IMG/VR virus record: IMGVR_UViG_3300020183_000053
Coordinates: 10,874 to 74,873 of that record
Source of the DNA: a virus
Length of the DNA: 64,000 nt
Direction: 5' to 3' (one strand)
Notes under the pieces: model-generated
Database searches by the model: none
What the model saw: only the letters and a program-made list of their open reading frames with translations
Told to the model about the DNA's origin: nothing
Program-made: the position numbers and the translations under genes
Shown: positions 52,703-61,579 of the stretch, piece by piece
Layout of the letters: every line of letters starts with the position of its first letter
Numbering within the stretch: the first letter of the stretch is position 1

Positions 52703-54304
52703 GGCGTTGTCCTCGCTGTGGGTTGATTGCAGTGCTGCGCTCTGCACGGCGTCCGACTGGCTGTTCGCAGTAGAACCCTGCGCGCCTGCCGTGTCAATAG
52801 CCGTATCACCCGCGCGCAGCTCGGGCGGTTCCTTGTCGAAGCGCGTGTATAGCGCCACGATGCGCTCGTACACTTCGGGGCGGTCGCTGTCGGGAATGTC
52901 CACACCACCGCGCGCGCCGTTCAGTGCACCCATAGCTGCGGCCACACCACGGAACACGATGTGCAGCTCGCCATTCACCATCTTGGCGAATGGCAGCTTG
53001 TAGCTGGCGCGGCGCTCGGGGTTCGCAGTGTCCACCCACAGGTGGGCCATCGCGTAGCGTTCCCAGTCGGGCGGGTCGCCCAGCACCTCGTTCGCGGCGT
53101 CGGTGTCCCAGCCCCAGGCGGTGTCCTCGGGCGCCAGCGGCAGGTCCATATTCCCACCAGCCACCCGCTGCTCGTCGGGCTGGGTGGGCGCGCTGCCTGC
53201 ACTGCCGCCATCCACCAGCTCGTCCACGGTGGCGCGCTGCCAGCTATCGCACACCCACTCGCTGGCGCAGGCGAACGCAAATGCCTTGCACCACCCGTCG
53301 CGGGTGCGGTGCGTGCAGGTGCCGCACCGCTGGGTGGTGCTGTCAGACAGCCGGTAGGCTGGCGCGTCACCAGTGGCACGATCACCAGCCATCACCTGGG
53401 CGTAGGGCATGGCGGCGCCCGCTTCGCCACCTTCGCCCTCCGTTTCGGCCTCGGCTTCAGCATCGCTCCCTTCAGCGCCCTCGTATTCGGTTTCGTTCTG
53501 GTGCTGGAACACGCCCACGTTCACGTGCACGTTCATGCCGCGCGTGTCCATCCCCTGGGCTGCACCGCCCAGGTACGCAGGCGCGCCTGCGGCACGTGCA
53601 GCCGCCAGTGCCTGCCCGGTGCTGCGGGCCAGACCAGAGATCCAGCTGTCGGGGTTGCTCGGGCGGCGCGTGACCGCAAGGTGGTCAAGCTCGACCGCCT
53701 TGATGTAGATGCGCTCCACCTCGTCGTTTTCGTTGGTGACCACCTCGGCATCGGTGAACCACCCGCCGATGGACATACCCACCACCTGCCCGCGCTTCAT
53801 CGCACCCATCAGCAGCTGCGCACGCGGGTGGTCGGGGTACACCTCCACACGCACTGCCAGCCGGTAGCCTTCCGCCTGCTGCATGGTGCCGCCATCGCGC
53901 ACCACTGTGCCGTGCTCCACGCGGGCCTCAACGGTGCGCCCCATCACCTGCTCCCACTCGTCCTCGTGGTGGCCAGGGACGTATGGCACACCACCCGCCA
54001 TCTGGCGGGCCATGCTGTCCAGCGCCTCGCGGGTCATCTCGGTGCCGTGCCAGTCCACGCTGGTGCTGCTGGCGTAGCCCTCCAGCAGCACCGGGCCGCT
54101 GACCGGGCTGGCGCTGTCGCTGACAGCATCCCGCACCTGCGCAGCGCCAGCGGCTGGCGCACCCGCCACCCGCAGGCCGCCACCCAGCAGCCCCTGCATC
54201 GGCAGGCGGCACCGGGCCGTCCACACACGTTTCCCGTCGCGGGTGCCTGCGGCCTGCAGGTCAATCTGGTGCTGTTCGGTTCCCACAGGCACAGTCACGC
54301 GCAT
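52250..54304 (-). CDS. Prohead protease with inserted domains and C-terminal scaffold
   Basis: LEGYASSTSVD, GHH, GMSIGG, ELDHLAVTRRPSN; coiled-coil C-terminus. Confidence 0.82.
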   Translation of the reverse strand: MRVTVPVGTEQHQIDLQAAGTRDGKRVWTARCRLPMQGLLGGGLRVAGAPAAGAAQVRDAVSDSASPVSGPVLLEGYASSTSVDWHGTEMTREALDSMARQMAGGVPYVPGHHEDEWEQVMGRTVEARVEHGTVVRDGGTMQQAEGYRLAVRVEVYPDHPRAQLLMGAMKRGQVVGMSIGGWFTDAEVVTNENDEVERIYIKAVELDHLAVTRRPSNPDSWISGLARSTGQALAAARAAGAPAYLGGAAQGMDTRGMNVHVNVGVFQHQNETEYEGAEGSDAEAEAETEGEGGEAGAAMPYAQVMAGDRATGDAPAYRLSDSTTQRCGTCTHRTRDGWCKAFAFACASEWVCDSWQRATVDELVDGGSAGSAPTQPDEQRVAGGNMDLPLAPEDTAWGWDTDAANEVLGDPPDWERYAMAHLWVDTANPERRASYKLPFAKMVNGELHIVFRGVAAAMGALNGARGGVDIPDSDRPEVYERIVALYTRFDKEPPELRAGDTAIDTAGAQGSTANSQSDAVQSAALQSTHSEDNAMPDNRTATDTQRLDTLERAIGELNGVLAKLVERVAPTTTTAPAADEAAQLRAQLDAKEAQLNRALAAASRQGVAHSPHAHRHTDVGGHGTLIRTVERTLGAGSALVQVARAQADRRDSTVVQTRAQLEADLRSILAAAFADGVITDSMEA

Positions 54305-54375
54305 GGCGTCCTCCATCCACAGGTGCGGCGCCTCGCAGCGTCTGCTGGCGTCTGTACCACTCTGCTGGCGTTGCA

Positions 54376-57300
54376 TCAACCATCACCACCCGACGCCAGC
54401 GCGGACAGCGCCACCGCTGTGCCGCCCTCCACCTCCGCGCGCGTCCAAAACACCAGCACGCATCGGCAGTGTCCGAGGCACAGCGTACCCTGACCGGGCC
54501 TGCGCGACAGGTCACCCAGCCGCACGAAGCCCTGCGCCCCCTCGGCCTCACAGGTGGGGCAGCTGTTCCCGCCAGCGTTCACCCACTCCACCATCCATTC
54601 CACAGGTGCACCGTTCACAGTGGTCACGGTGCGGTCCAGCGCATCGGTCAGCTCGCGGTTCGCCAGCCCCACCAGCAGCCCGCTCCAGTTATCGATGCGG
54701 GCTGCCTGGGCCGCGAACGTGGCGCGCACCACTTCTGCCACGTCCCCGGCTGTGTCTGTGGGTTCCACGTCTGTGATGCGGCTGCGTTGCACCGTGCTGG
54801 CGCGGCTCAGCACCTCGCGCACCCGCGCCTGCAGGCCGCCCACCAGCCCGCTGGGCAGCGACAGCCAGCCCATCGCGTCCTGCCAGTAAGCGCGCCCGCT
54901 GGTGCGCCACTGCGCCTCTACAGGCCCCAGACTGATGCGCTCGGCAGCCTCGTGGCCCAGCTGGGCGGCGCGCAGATAGAACGGCTCGGTGCGTACTGCC
55001 CAGCTGCTGGCCAGCTTGTCCAGCTCGGCCTCCACGACGCGCTGCGCACGCCCGGCCTCGGCCACGTCCAGCACGCCGTCGCGGCCATAGGCTGCGCCCA
55101 CAGCTGCCTGCACCGCCACGCTGGCGCGGTCGTACAGCTCAGTCACCGCCAGCTGGTATTCAGCCACCACCTCGGCCAGCTTGCGCAGGTTCAGCGTGCG
55201 CATCCCAGCGAACCGCCCAGCGGGCTGCCACTGGCTCGGCAGCCACTCACCCGTGGTGGCCATGCTGGGCACGTCCCGCCCCTGCAGGTGGTGCTGGTGG
55301 TGCTGGTGGTGCTGGTGGTGCTGGTGGTGCTGGTGGTGCTGGTGGTGCTGGTGCCCGCACTGGCCAGTGCCGCACAGCGCACGCGCCACCAGTGCGCTGC
55401 GCTCGTCGTCGCCTGCGGTGCTGTACGGGTGCCCCTCGGGCAGCAGGTCGGTGTCGTGCGCCGCCTTGCCTCGCGGCTCGCCGGTGCGCAGTAGGAACAG
55501 GAAGCTCTCCACCCGCGCGAATGCCCACTGCTCGGGGCTGGCCACAGTGGGGCGCACGCTTTCGGGGTTTGTGTGGTAAGCGCCGACGCCCCGCTTGAAC
55601 ACCTCTGCCAGCACCTCGGCGGTGGTGCTGCGGTCGGCATCGTTATCGACCTCTGCGTTGTGCTCGCGGGCCTTTTCGCGCAGGGTGTCCTGCACACTCT
55701 CGGACAGGTCGGCCAGCGCCGCACGCAGCTGGGCACGCTTGGCGTCTACCTTGGCCTTTTCGGCATCCACCAGCTCTTTCATGTAGGCTTCGCCACGGTC
55801 ACCCACTGCAACCCACTTGATCTGCGCGATGACCCCAGGCAGTCGGAAGTCTGCCCGGTGGCGCGCCACCCAGGCCTCACGCAGCCGGATGGCACCTTCC
55901 TCGGTGTCGTTACGCGGGCGCATCTTGCCACCACGACGCACGATGGGAGCCAGCTTGTCATACTGGCTATTGCCACGTATATTCCCACCCTTTCGCCAGA
56001 TGGACGGGTATTCGGTGCGCAGGTTTTCCGCGTACCGCAGGTCGAACAGCTCCCACTGGCTACCGCCCAGGCTGACCGGCTCGTTATCGCCTGCCGCCGG
56101 GAAGTTAGTGGGGTCAGTGTCGCCGACAGCCTTGCGCAGCGGGCTGCTATCATCGTCAGTGCCGCCTTCTGCCGCAGTGGCGTTCCCTGTGTCTGCGGCG
56201 TAGCTGTTCGCGGGCGCAAGTCCAGCCACCAGCTGGTCCAGCGGCAGCGGCCCCATATTCGTGTCCACCAGCGGCACGTCGCCGCCCGCCACAGGTAGCA
56301 GGCCCAGCTGCGCACGCACTTCGTTGACGGTCAGCACGCCACGCTTCACCAGCAGGTCGTTCGCTTGCGCCTGCTGCAGCCGCTGCTGCGGGGTTAGCGG
56401 CTGCGCCCTGTCGAAGCCGAACACCACCTTCCCGCGCGCCTCGGGCGGCAGCAGGCGCGGCAGCACCTGGGCGTTCACGCGCGCCTGCAGCAGCTCTAGA
56501 ATCGGGTTGATCAAGTGGCTGCTGGCCACGTCGAGCTGCACGTTCGCGGTGGCGCGGTTGATATTTTCGCTCTCACCCAGTTCCACAGGCTGCACGCCGA
56601 ACACCCGCCAGATGGTGCGGCGCAAGCCGTCCACCACGTCCAGCAGCTGCACATCTTTCAGCGGCCTGCGCAGCTCCACCCACTTCGCGTCGATACCGTT
56701 AGGCTGCGGGCTGGTGAGCACGCGCAGCTTGTGGTCTTTGCCGCGCATCACCTGCAGGTCGGCGCGCGCCCGCTCCGCAGCCGCACCTGCCACACCACCC
56801 AGCACCAGCAGCCCAGGCGGGATCTCGTCCGCGTCCATCGCCAGCATGGCGTGCTCGCTGCTCAGCAGCACGGTCACGCACTCGTTCACCAGGGTGTCCA
56901 GCAGGCTGACACCGAGATTGCTACGGGTATTCCTGAACAATGACAGGTAACACAGGCGCTCAGGCGGCATCCGCACGATGATGTCGGGCTGCCCGGTGGG
57001 CACGCCCGTTTCGCTCTCCTGCTCGTACCGCAGCAGCACGCCCTTCGCGTCAGTCACCGGGAACCAGCTGCTGCCCAGCCACGGCACCAGCTCCAGCAGC
57101 TTGCCACCCTGCTCGTTCAGCTCCAGGGTGCCAGCGTCGTACACCAGCAGGTCGGTGACCACGCGGGTCATCACCTCCTGCCACGTGTCGCCGTTGCGGC
57201 TGGGCACCTGCAGCCAGTCACGCGCTGCGCGGGCGTGGTCCATCATGCGCCGGTATTCGTCGGCGTTGCGCGGGTCCACAGTGGGCTTCACGTACCAGTC

Positions 57301-57603
57301 CCAGGTGGCCACCCGGCGCACGATGCTGTCGACGCAGGCGCGCACGTCGGGCGTCTGCCGGTACAGATCCCAGCACTGGATGGGCATGAGGTTCCGCCAG
57401 CGCGAGAAGAACGAATAGTGCCCAGGCCCACCGCTATTCACGGCGTCGTAAGGCGGGCCGTCCAGCGCCTGCGCGTACCCCAGGCGCTCACGCGCGCTCG
57501 GGCGGTGCGCAGCCCCAGCTGCGAGCCAGCTGGCGGGCTGCGCCACAGCACGCGCACGCCCCACCTGCACCACGCCCAGCGGCATCAGCTTCACGTCGGC
57601 CAT
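54376..57603 (-). CDS. Portal protein fused to extra domains and a MuF-like C-terminus
   Basis: Portal motifs (VRACVD, FGVQPVELG, NRATA, LTVNEVR..LGL.P..GGD); C-terminal CPTC...CLGHCRC. Confidence 0.85.
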   Translation of the reverse strand: MADVKLMPLGVVQVGRARAVAQPASWLAAGAAHRPSARERLGYAQALDGPPYDAVNSGGPGHYSFFSRWRNLMPIQCWDLYRQTPDVRACVDSIVRRVATWDWYVKPTVDPRNADEYRRMMDHARAARDWLQVPSRNGDTWQEVMTRVVTDLLVYDAGTLELNEQGGKLLELVPWLGSSWFPVTDAKGVLLRYEQESETGVPTGQPDIIVRMPPERLCYLSLFRNTRSNLGVSLLDTLVNECVTVLLSSEHAMLAMDADEIPPGLLVLGGVAGAAAERARADLQVMRGKDHKLRVLTSPQPNGIDAKWVELRRPLKDVQLLDVVDGLRRTIWRVFGVQPVELGESENINRATANVQLDVASSHLINPILELLQARVNAQVLPRLLPPEARGKVVFGFDRAQPLTPQQRLQQAQANDLLVKRGVLTVNEVRAQLGLLPVAGGDVPLVDTNMGPLPLDQLVAGLAPANSYAADTGNATAAEGGTDDDSSPLRKAVGDTDPTNFPAAGDNEPVSLGGSQWELFDLRYAENLRTEYPSIWRKGGNIRGNSQYDKLAPIVRRGGKMRPRNDTEEGAIRLREAWVARHRADFRLPGVIAQIKWVAVGDRGEAYMKELVDAEKAKVDAKRAQLRAALADLSESVQDTLREKAREHNAEVDNDADRSTTAEVLAEVFKRGVGAYHTNPESVRPTVASPEQWAFARVESFLFLLRTGEPRGKAAHDTDLLPEGHPYSTAGDDERSALVARALCGTGQCGHQHHQHHQHHQHHQHHQHHQHHLQGRDVPSMATTGEWLPSQWQPAGRFAGMRTLNLRKLAEVVAEYQLAVTELYDRASVAVQAAVGAAYGRDGVLDVAEAGRAQRVVEAELDKLASSWAVRTEPFYLRAAQLGHEAAERISLGPVEAQWRTSGRAYWQDAMGWLSLPSGLVGGLQARVREVLSRASTVQRSRITDVEPTDTAGDVAEVVRATFAAQAARIDNWSGLLVGLANRELTDALDRTVTTVNGAPVEWMVEWVNAGGNSCPTCEAEGAQGFVRLGDLSRRPGQGTLCLGHCRCVLVFWTRAEVEGGTAVALSALASGGDG
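55288..55353 (-). repeat. Tandem 9-bp repeat (CAGCACCAC)x7 encoding (QHH)7
   Basis: Seven perfect units plus one codon. Confidence 0.95.
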
Positions 57604-57630
57604 CGTTCCCTCCAGCGCGCCCAGCCTACC

Positions 57631-57918
57631 CTATCGCCCGGCCAGCAGTTTCACGAACCCGCCCAGGCGGGCGCGTGTAGCCTCTGGCACGGCTGGCTGG
57701 TCACACCCTGGCGTAACACCGACGAACCCGCCGAAGATGCGCGCCATCAGCCGCCCGGTGCGCTGGTCTGACTGCTCTGCGCCCGCCTCCCAGGCGGCCC
57801 GCAGTGCCGCCACCAGCGCCCGCTGCTCGGCCACGCTGGCGCGCGCCAGCAGCGGCTGCAGGTCGGGGTGCGCTTCCAGCAGCTGCGCCAGCACCAGCAT
57901 CAAGCCAGCGTCACCCAT
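57631..57918 (-). CDS. Hypothetical protein
   Basis: Between terL and portal. Confidence 0.55.
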   Translation of the reverse strand: MGDAGLMLVLAQLLEAHPDLQPLLARASVAEQRALVAALRAAWEAGAEQSDQRTGRLMARIFGGFVGVTPGCDQPAVPEATRARLGGFVKLLAGR

Positions 57919-59578
57919 GATATGCCCCCTGCGTGGCCATAATGTCAGCCGCCACCCGGCTGTATGCGTCGCTGAACCTGTAGTGGTCGTCCAGGTTGCC
58001 CTCGCTCCACACGTAGCGCGTGCCTGCCTCGTTCATCACCCGCTTGGGCGCCTGCATCTGGTCGGCCCAGCCTTGCACCCGCCACACGTCCTCGGGCCAC
58101 GTGCGGCGCGCTGGGTGCACGCGCGCATCCTCCATCGTGGCGTCCAGCAGCTGGGTCCGGTCCACCGTGACCAGCTTGCGCTCGTAGTCCTGCCGCAGCC
58201 CGTAGTCCTGGGCGCCCACCCGGTCGGTGGCATGGAACTGGCACAGCCACACGTCACACACGCCAGTCTCGGTACAGCGGTCCCGCAGCTGCTGGGCTGC
58301 ACGGGTTTCGGGCCGCGCGTCCACCACCGCCACGTTCACGCGGTAGCGCACCAGTAGATCATACAGCGCGTCGAAGCTGCCCACCTCGCCGGTCCAGCGC
58401 CCCACCCGCACGGCGCGCTCGTCATCCTCCCGGTGGCGCACCACGCAGATGTCCACGTTCAGCGCCCGGCTACCCACGTCCACACCAGCCACCACCTGCT
58501 CGCTCACCAGCCGGGCGTCGCCGCCCTCGTCCATCGGGTCGCCGCAGGCCGCACGGGTGAGCATGTCGAGGGTCACCGCGCTGCCCTCGGGCGCATAGGG
58601 TAACCCCAGGACACTGGCATAGAACGCCACCAGCTTGGCGCCACTGCCCTGTGCCTCCACCCACTCGCGCCACAGCGGGCGCAGGTCTTGCGAGAGCACG
58701 TCCAGGCGGCTGATGTGGTAGCCCCTGCGGTGCACTGCAGCGCGTTCGGCCACCCACTGCCCACCCTCGGCCACGCGGTCGAAGGGGCGCCCGCAGCGCC
58801 TGCACACGGGGCGCAGGGTGCCATCCTCGGCGCGCGCCTTGTCGCGCAGCTCCCACCGCCCGGCATCGTTGCGGGTCACCACGTTCACCTGCCAGTCGAG
58901 CAGCTGCCGCTCGCCACAGTGCCCGCAGCGGTGGTGCCACCTGCGCCCGTCGCTCTGGTCGTACAGCGCGGCGATGCCCTCGCGCGGCAGGGTCGGGTTT
59001 CCGATGCGGAACAGCTGCGGCGCACTGCTGGCGCGCAGGCGGTCACGCGCGAACGCCAGATGCTCCTGCACGCAGCGGTCGTATTCGTCCACCACCAGCA
59101 CGTCGGCACTGAACTCGATGAAGTCGTTCACCGTATTGCTTCCCAGGAACAGCAGCGCACCCGTCCCGAACCGCTTGTGCCGCACGCTGCCGATGTCGCC
59201 GTGCGCCAGCTTGGCAGTGTAGGCGGGCACCTGCTCCAGCAGCGGGTGCACGCGCCGCTGCACGAAACGGTCGCGCAGCTGGAAGCTGGGCAGCACGTAG
59301 GCACAGATGCGCCCACCCCACCCAGCGCGCTCCAGGGCCAGCTGCACCAGCAGCTCGCTCCACCCCACCTGCACGCACTTCATGGCGTCGAAGCCCTCAA
59401 TGCGCGGGGCGTCGCAGTAGAGTTCCACGAGGTACGGCTTGTCAGCGAACGCCAGCGGCTCGCCTCGCGTGGTGCGGTGGTGCCGCATGGCGATGCCGAG
59501 CAGCGGGTACTGCTCGGCCAGCGTGTCCACCACCTGCGTGGTGGGCGCCTGCATATCTGTGAGCCTGTCGCGTGCCAC
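57911..59578 (-). CDS. terL: Terminase large subunit (lambda GpA-like)
   Basis: KCVQVGWSE Walker A variant, VVDEYD, GNPT, SDGRRW..RCGHCG, GVDVG nuclease. Confidence 0.88.
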   Translation of the reverse strand: MARDRLTDMQAPTTQVVDTLAEQYPLLGIAMRHHRTTRGEPLAFADKPYLVELYCDAPRIEGFDAMKCVQVGWSELLVQLALERAGWGGRICAYVLPSFQLRDRFVQRRVHPLLEQVPAYTAKLAHGDIGSVRHKRFGTGALLFLGSNTVNDFIEFSADVLVVDEYDRCVQEHLAFARDRLRASSAPQLFRIGNPTLPREGIAALYDQSDGRRWHHRCGHCGERQLLDWQVNVVTRNDAGRWELRDKARAEDGTLRPVCRRCGRPFDRVAEGGQWVAERAAVHRRGYHISRLDVLSQDLRPLWREWVEAQGSGAKLVAFYASVLGLPYAPEGSAVTLDMLTRAACGDPMDEGGDARLVSEQVVAGVDVGSRALNVDICVVRHREDDERAVRVGRWTGEVGSFDALYDLLVRYRVNVAVVDARPETRAAQQLRDRCTETGVCDVWLCQFHATDRVGAQDYGLRQDYERKLVTVDRTQLLDATMEDARVHPARRTWPEDVWRVQGWADQMQAPKRVMNEAGTRYVWSEGNLDDHYRFSDAYSRVAADIMATQGAYHG

Positions 59579-60438
59579 TACAGCACCCTCCTGCCCCGGT
59601 TCGGGGCCAGTGCGGGCAGCAGCGGGCGCGCTGGCCTGCCGGGGTGCCGTGGCCGCACGTTGCACGTTATGAACTCGCGCTTCTGCGCACTATAGGCGCG
59701 CCCGCGCCTGCCACACTCGCGCGCCCAGGTCAGCTCCTGCGCGTGCCAGCCTGCCGCCACCAGCTCAGGCACTGGCTCGGCCTCGGCCACCACCACCGTG
59801 CTGCCAGCAGCCGCCCAGCGCAGCGCCAGCTGCACCACCTCGGCGCGTGGCAGGTCGTGCGCGTAGCCGCTGGTCCCCACGTAAGGCGGGTCCACGTACA
59901 CCACAGCGCCGCCCTGCACGGGCACCTCGCGCGCTTCGGCGTAGACGGTGGCGGGCACCGCCTCGTGCTGCTGCAGCCGCTTGATAAGACCGGGCAGCGT
60001 GACAGCTACCGTGCCCAGCTCGCTGGCGCCAGGGCCACGGTACAGCGTGCCCCACAGGGTCCAGCCCTCCAGCAGCACGTGCCGCGCCAGTGCGTGCGGC
60101 GTCGCGGCCTGCGGCTCGCCCTCGGCCCGCAGCGCAGCCCACAGTGCACGCGGCTGCGCGTGCTGCCAGCTGTCCAGCACCAGCGCAGCACCAGCCCACA
60201 GCGCGGGGCTGGCGTAGCTGGCCAGCAGCAGGCGCGCCCCAGCATCCGGCTCGGCCCACACGTACCGCAGCGCCTGCTGACCGGGTGCCAGCCCGAGCAC
60301 CCGCAGCGTGGCCTCGGCGTAGTTCTGTTTCCCGCCCTGCCTGCTCACGGGTGGCCTGCGTGCCGCATGGTGCAGCCGCAGCGAAACGGCAGCGGTGCCT
60401 GCGCACAGCTCCACGAACAGCGGCACAGGCTGTGTCAC
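59578..60438 (-). CDS. DNA N6-adenine methyltransferase-like protein
   Basis: FVELCAGTAAV (motif I), P.SRQGGK, YVDPPY (motif IV). Confidence 0.75.
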   Translation of the reverse strand: MTQPVPLFVELCAGTAAVSLRLHHAARRPPVSRQGGKQNYAEATLRVLGLAPGQQALRYVWAEPDAGARLLLASYASPALWAGAALVLDSWQHAQPRALWAALRAEGEPQAATPHALARHVLLEGWTLWGTLYRGPGASELGTVAVTLPGLIKRLQQHEAVPATVYAEAREVPVQGGAVVYVDPPYVGTSGYAHDLPRAEVVQLALRWAAAGSTVVVAEAEPVPELVAAGWHAQELTWARECGRRGRAYSAQKREFITCNVRPRHPGRPARPLLPALAPNRGRRVL

Positions 60439-61247
60439 GCATCGCCTCTCGGATGGTTCAGCAGCAGGTGGTTGAATATGGTCGCAAAGTCGGTGTCTTG
60501 CGACGGTATGGTGGCGTGGTACAACGTCTGAACCCCACTGGGTTTCAGAACAGTTTCTAACGCGGAGAGGTTAGCGGCGAGGCGGTTACTTCTGGTCGGT
60601 GACCGGCGACGCACCTCCCACTTGTCGAATATCTTGCGCGCAGATTCAGTGTATTCACCAGTGCTGTGTGCGTAGGCGGGCTGCCCATTCACTTGCATCA
60701 CCTTTCCAAAGCGGGTCATCGTGAGTGCCGCCGAGCTGTCAATGGTGGTCCATGGGTATGCGTTGACAATGGTGAACCCAGTTACCCCGAACCCGTGCAC
60801 AGCCACACCACTCCCCTGCAACGCAAGGAAGGCCCCATCAAGCCAGCGCCGCGCAGGTGAGTCCTCTTTGCGCAGGGTTGCCTTCACCGGAACCAGCCCA
60901 CCCAGCGCGATCCGTGACGCACCCTCACCCAGATACCGTCGCACCCAGTCAATGTCCGCACCACAGTGCACCGCAGGGACCACTGCTGGATAGCTACGCC
61001 GTAAGGCCAGCCAGTTCGCATAACTACGTACAGGATCACCGATCACGTCGAGACTGGCACACCAGTCAAACACCGCCCCACTGGCGCGAAGGAAGCGCCC
61101 ATATTCCAGGACGCTGATGTGTTCTCCCAGGCTTGCGGCAGAGAACGCACCACTATCCAGCACAGTGTGCACCCGCCGAATGAAAGGCATCGTCTGTGCC
61201 ACCACAGGGCGAAGGTAGTGCCACGACACCAGCATCCCGGCCTGCAT
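60435..61247 (-). CDS. dpdA: TGT-fold DNA guanine transglycosylase, DpdA-like (paralog 2)
   Basis: LDSGAFS, DWCASLDVIG, P.VH.G, RIALGG, VHGFG, YPWTTIDS; aligns motif-for-motif with 243-1184. Confidence 0.72.
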   Translation of the reverse strand: MQAGMLVSWHYLRPVVAQTMPFIRRVHTVLDSGAFSAASLGEHISVLEYGRFLRASGAVFDWCASLDVIGDPVRSYANWLALRRSYPAVVPAVHCGADIDWVRRYLGEGASRIALGGLVPVKATLRKEDSPARRWLDGAFLALQGSGVAVHGFGVTGFTIVNAYPWTTIDSSAALTMTRFGKVMQVNGQPAYAHSTGEYTESARKIFDKWEVRRRSPTRSNRLAANLSALETVLKPSGVQTLYHATIPSQDTDFATIFNHLLLNHPRGDA

Positions 61248-61579
61248 CAACGCCTCCGCTCAGCAGGGCCGAACGCAGCACGCTCTGCCTGCGGCGGGTG
61301 GCTCACCAGCGTCCAGACGCTGTAACGGTGCCCATCGCCACCCTCGTAGATCCGCACGCGCACGCCCACGCTGTGCAGCACGGCGCGCCCCACCACGCTG
61401 GCGCTTGCCACGTCCAGCAGGTGCTGCAGGGTCTGCCGGTCCAGCAGCATTCGCACGTCCTGCGCGGCCAGCGGGCCGCCCACCACAGTCTCACCCACCA
61501 GGGTGTCCTGCAGCCCGTGCGGCGCCTTGCCAGGGCCATGCTCTACGATCGCCCCAGGCGGCAGGTGCAGGCGGCTCAT
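61247..61579 (-). CDS. Hypothetical protein
   Basis: Gene tiling. Confidence 0.55.
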   Translation of the reverse strand: MSRLHLPPGAIVEHGPGKAPHGLQDTLVGETVVGGPLAAQDVRMLLDRQTLQHLLDVASASVVGRAVLHSVGVRVRIYEGGDGHRYSVWTLVSHPPQAERAAFGPAERRR

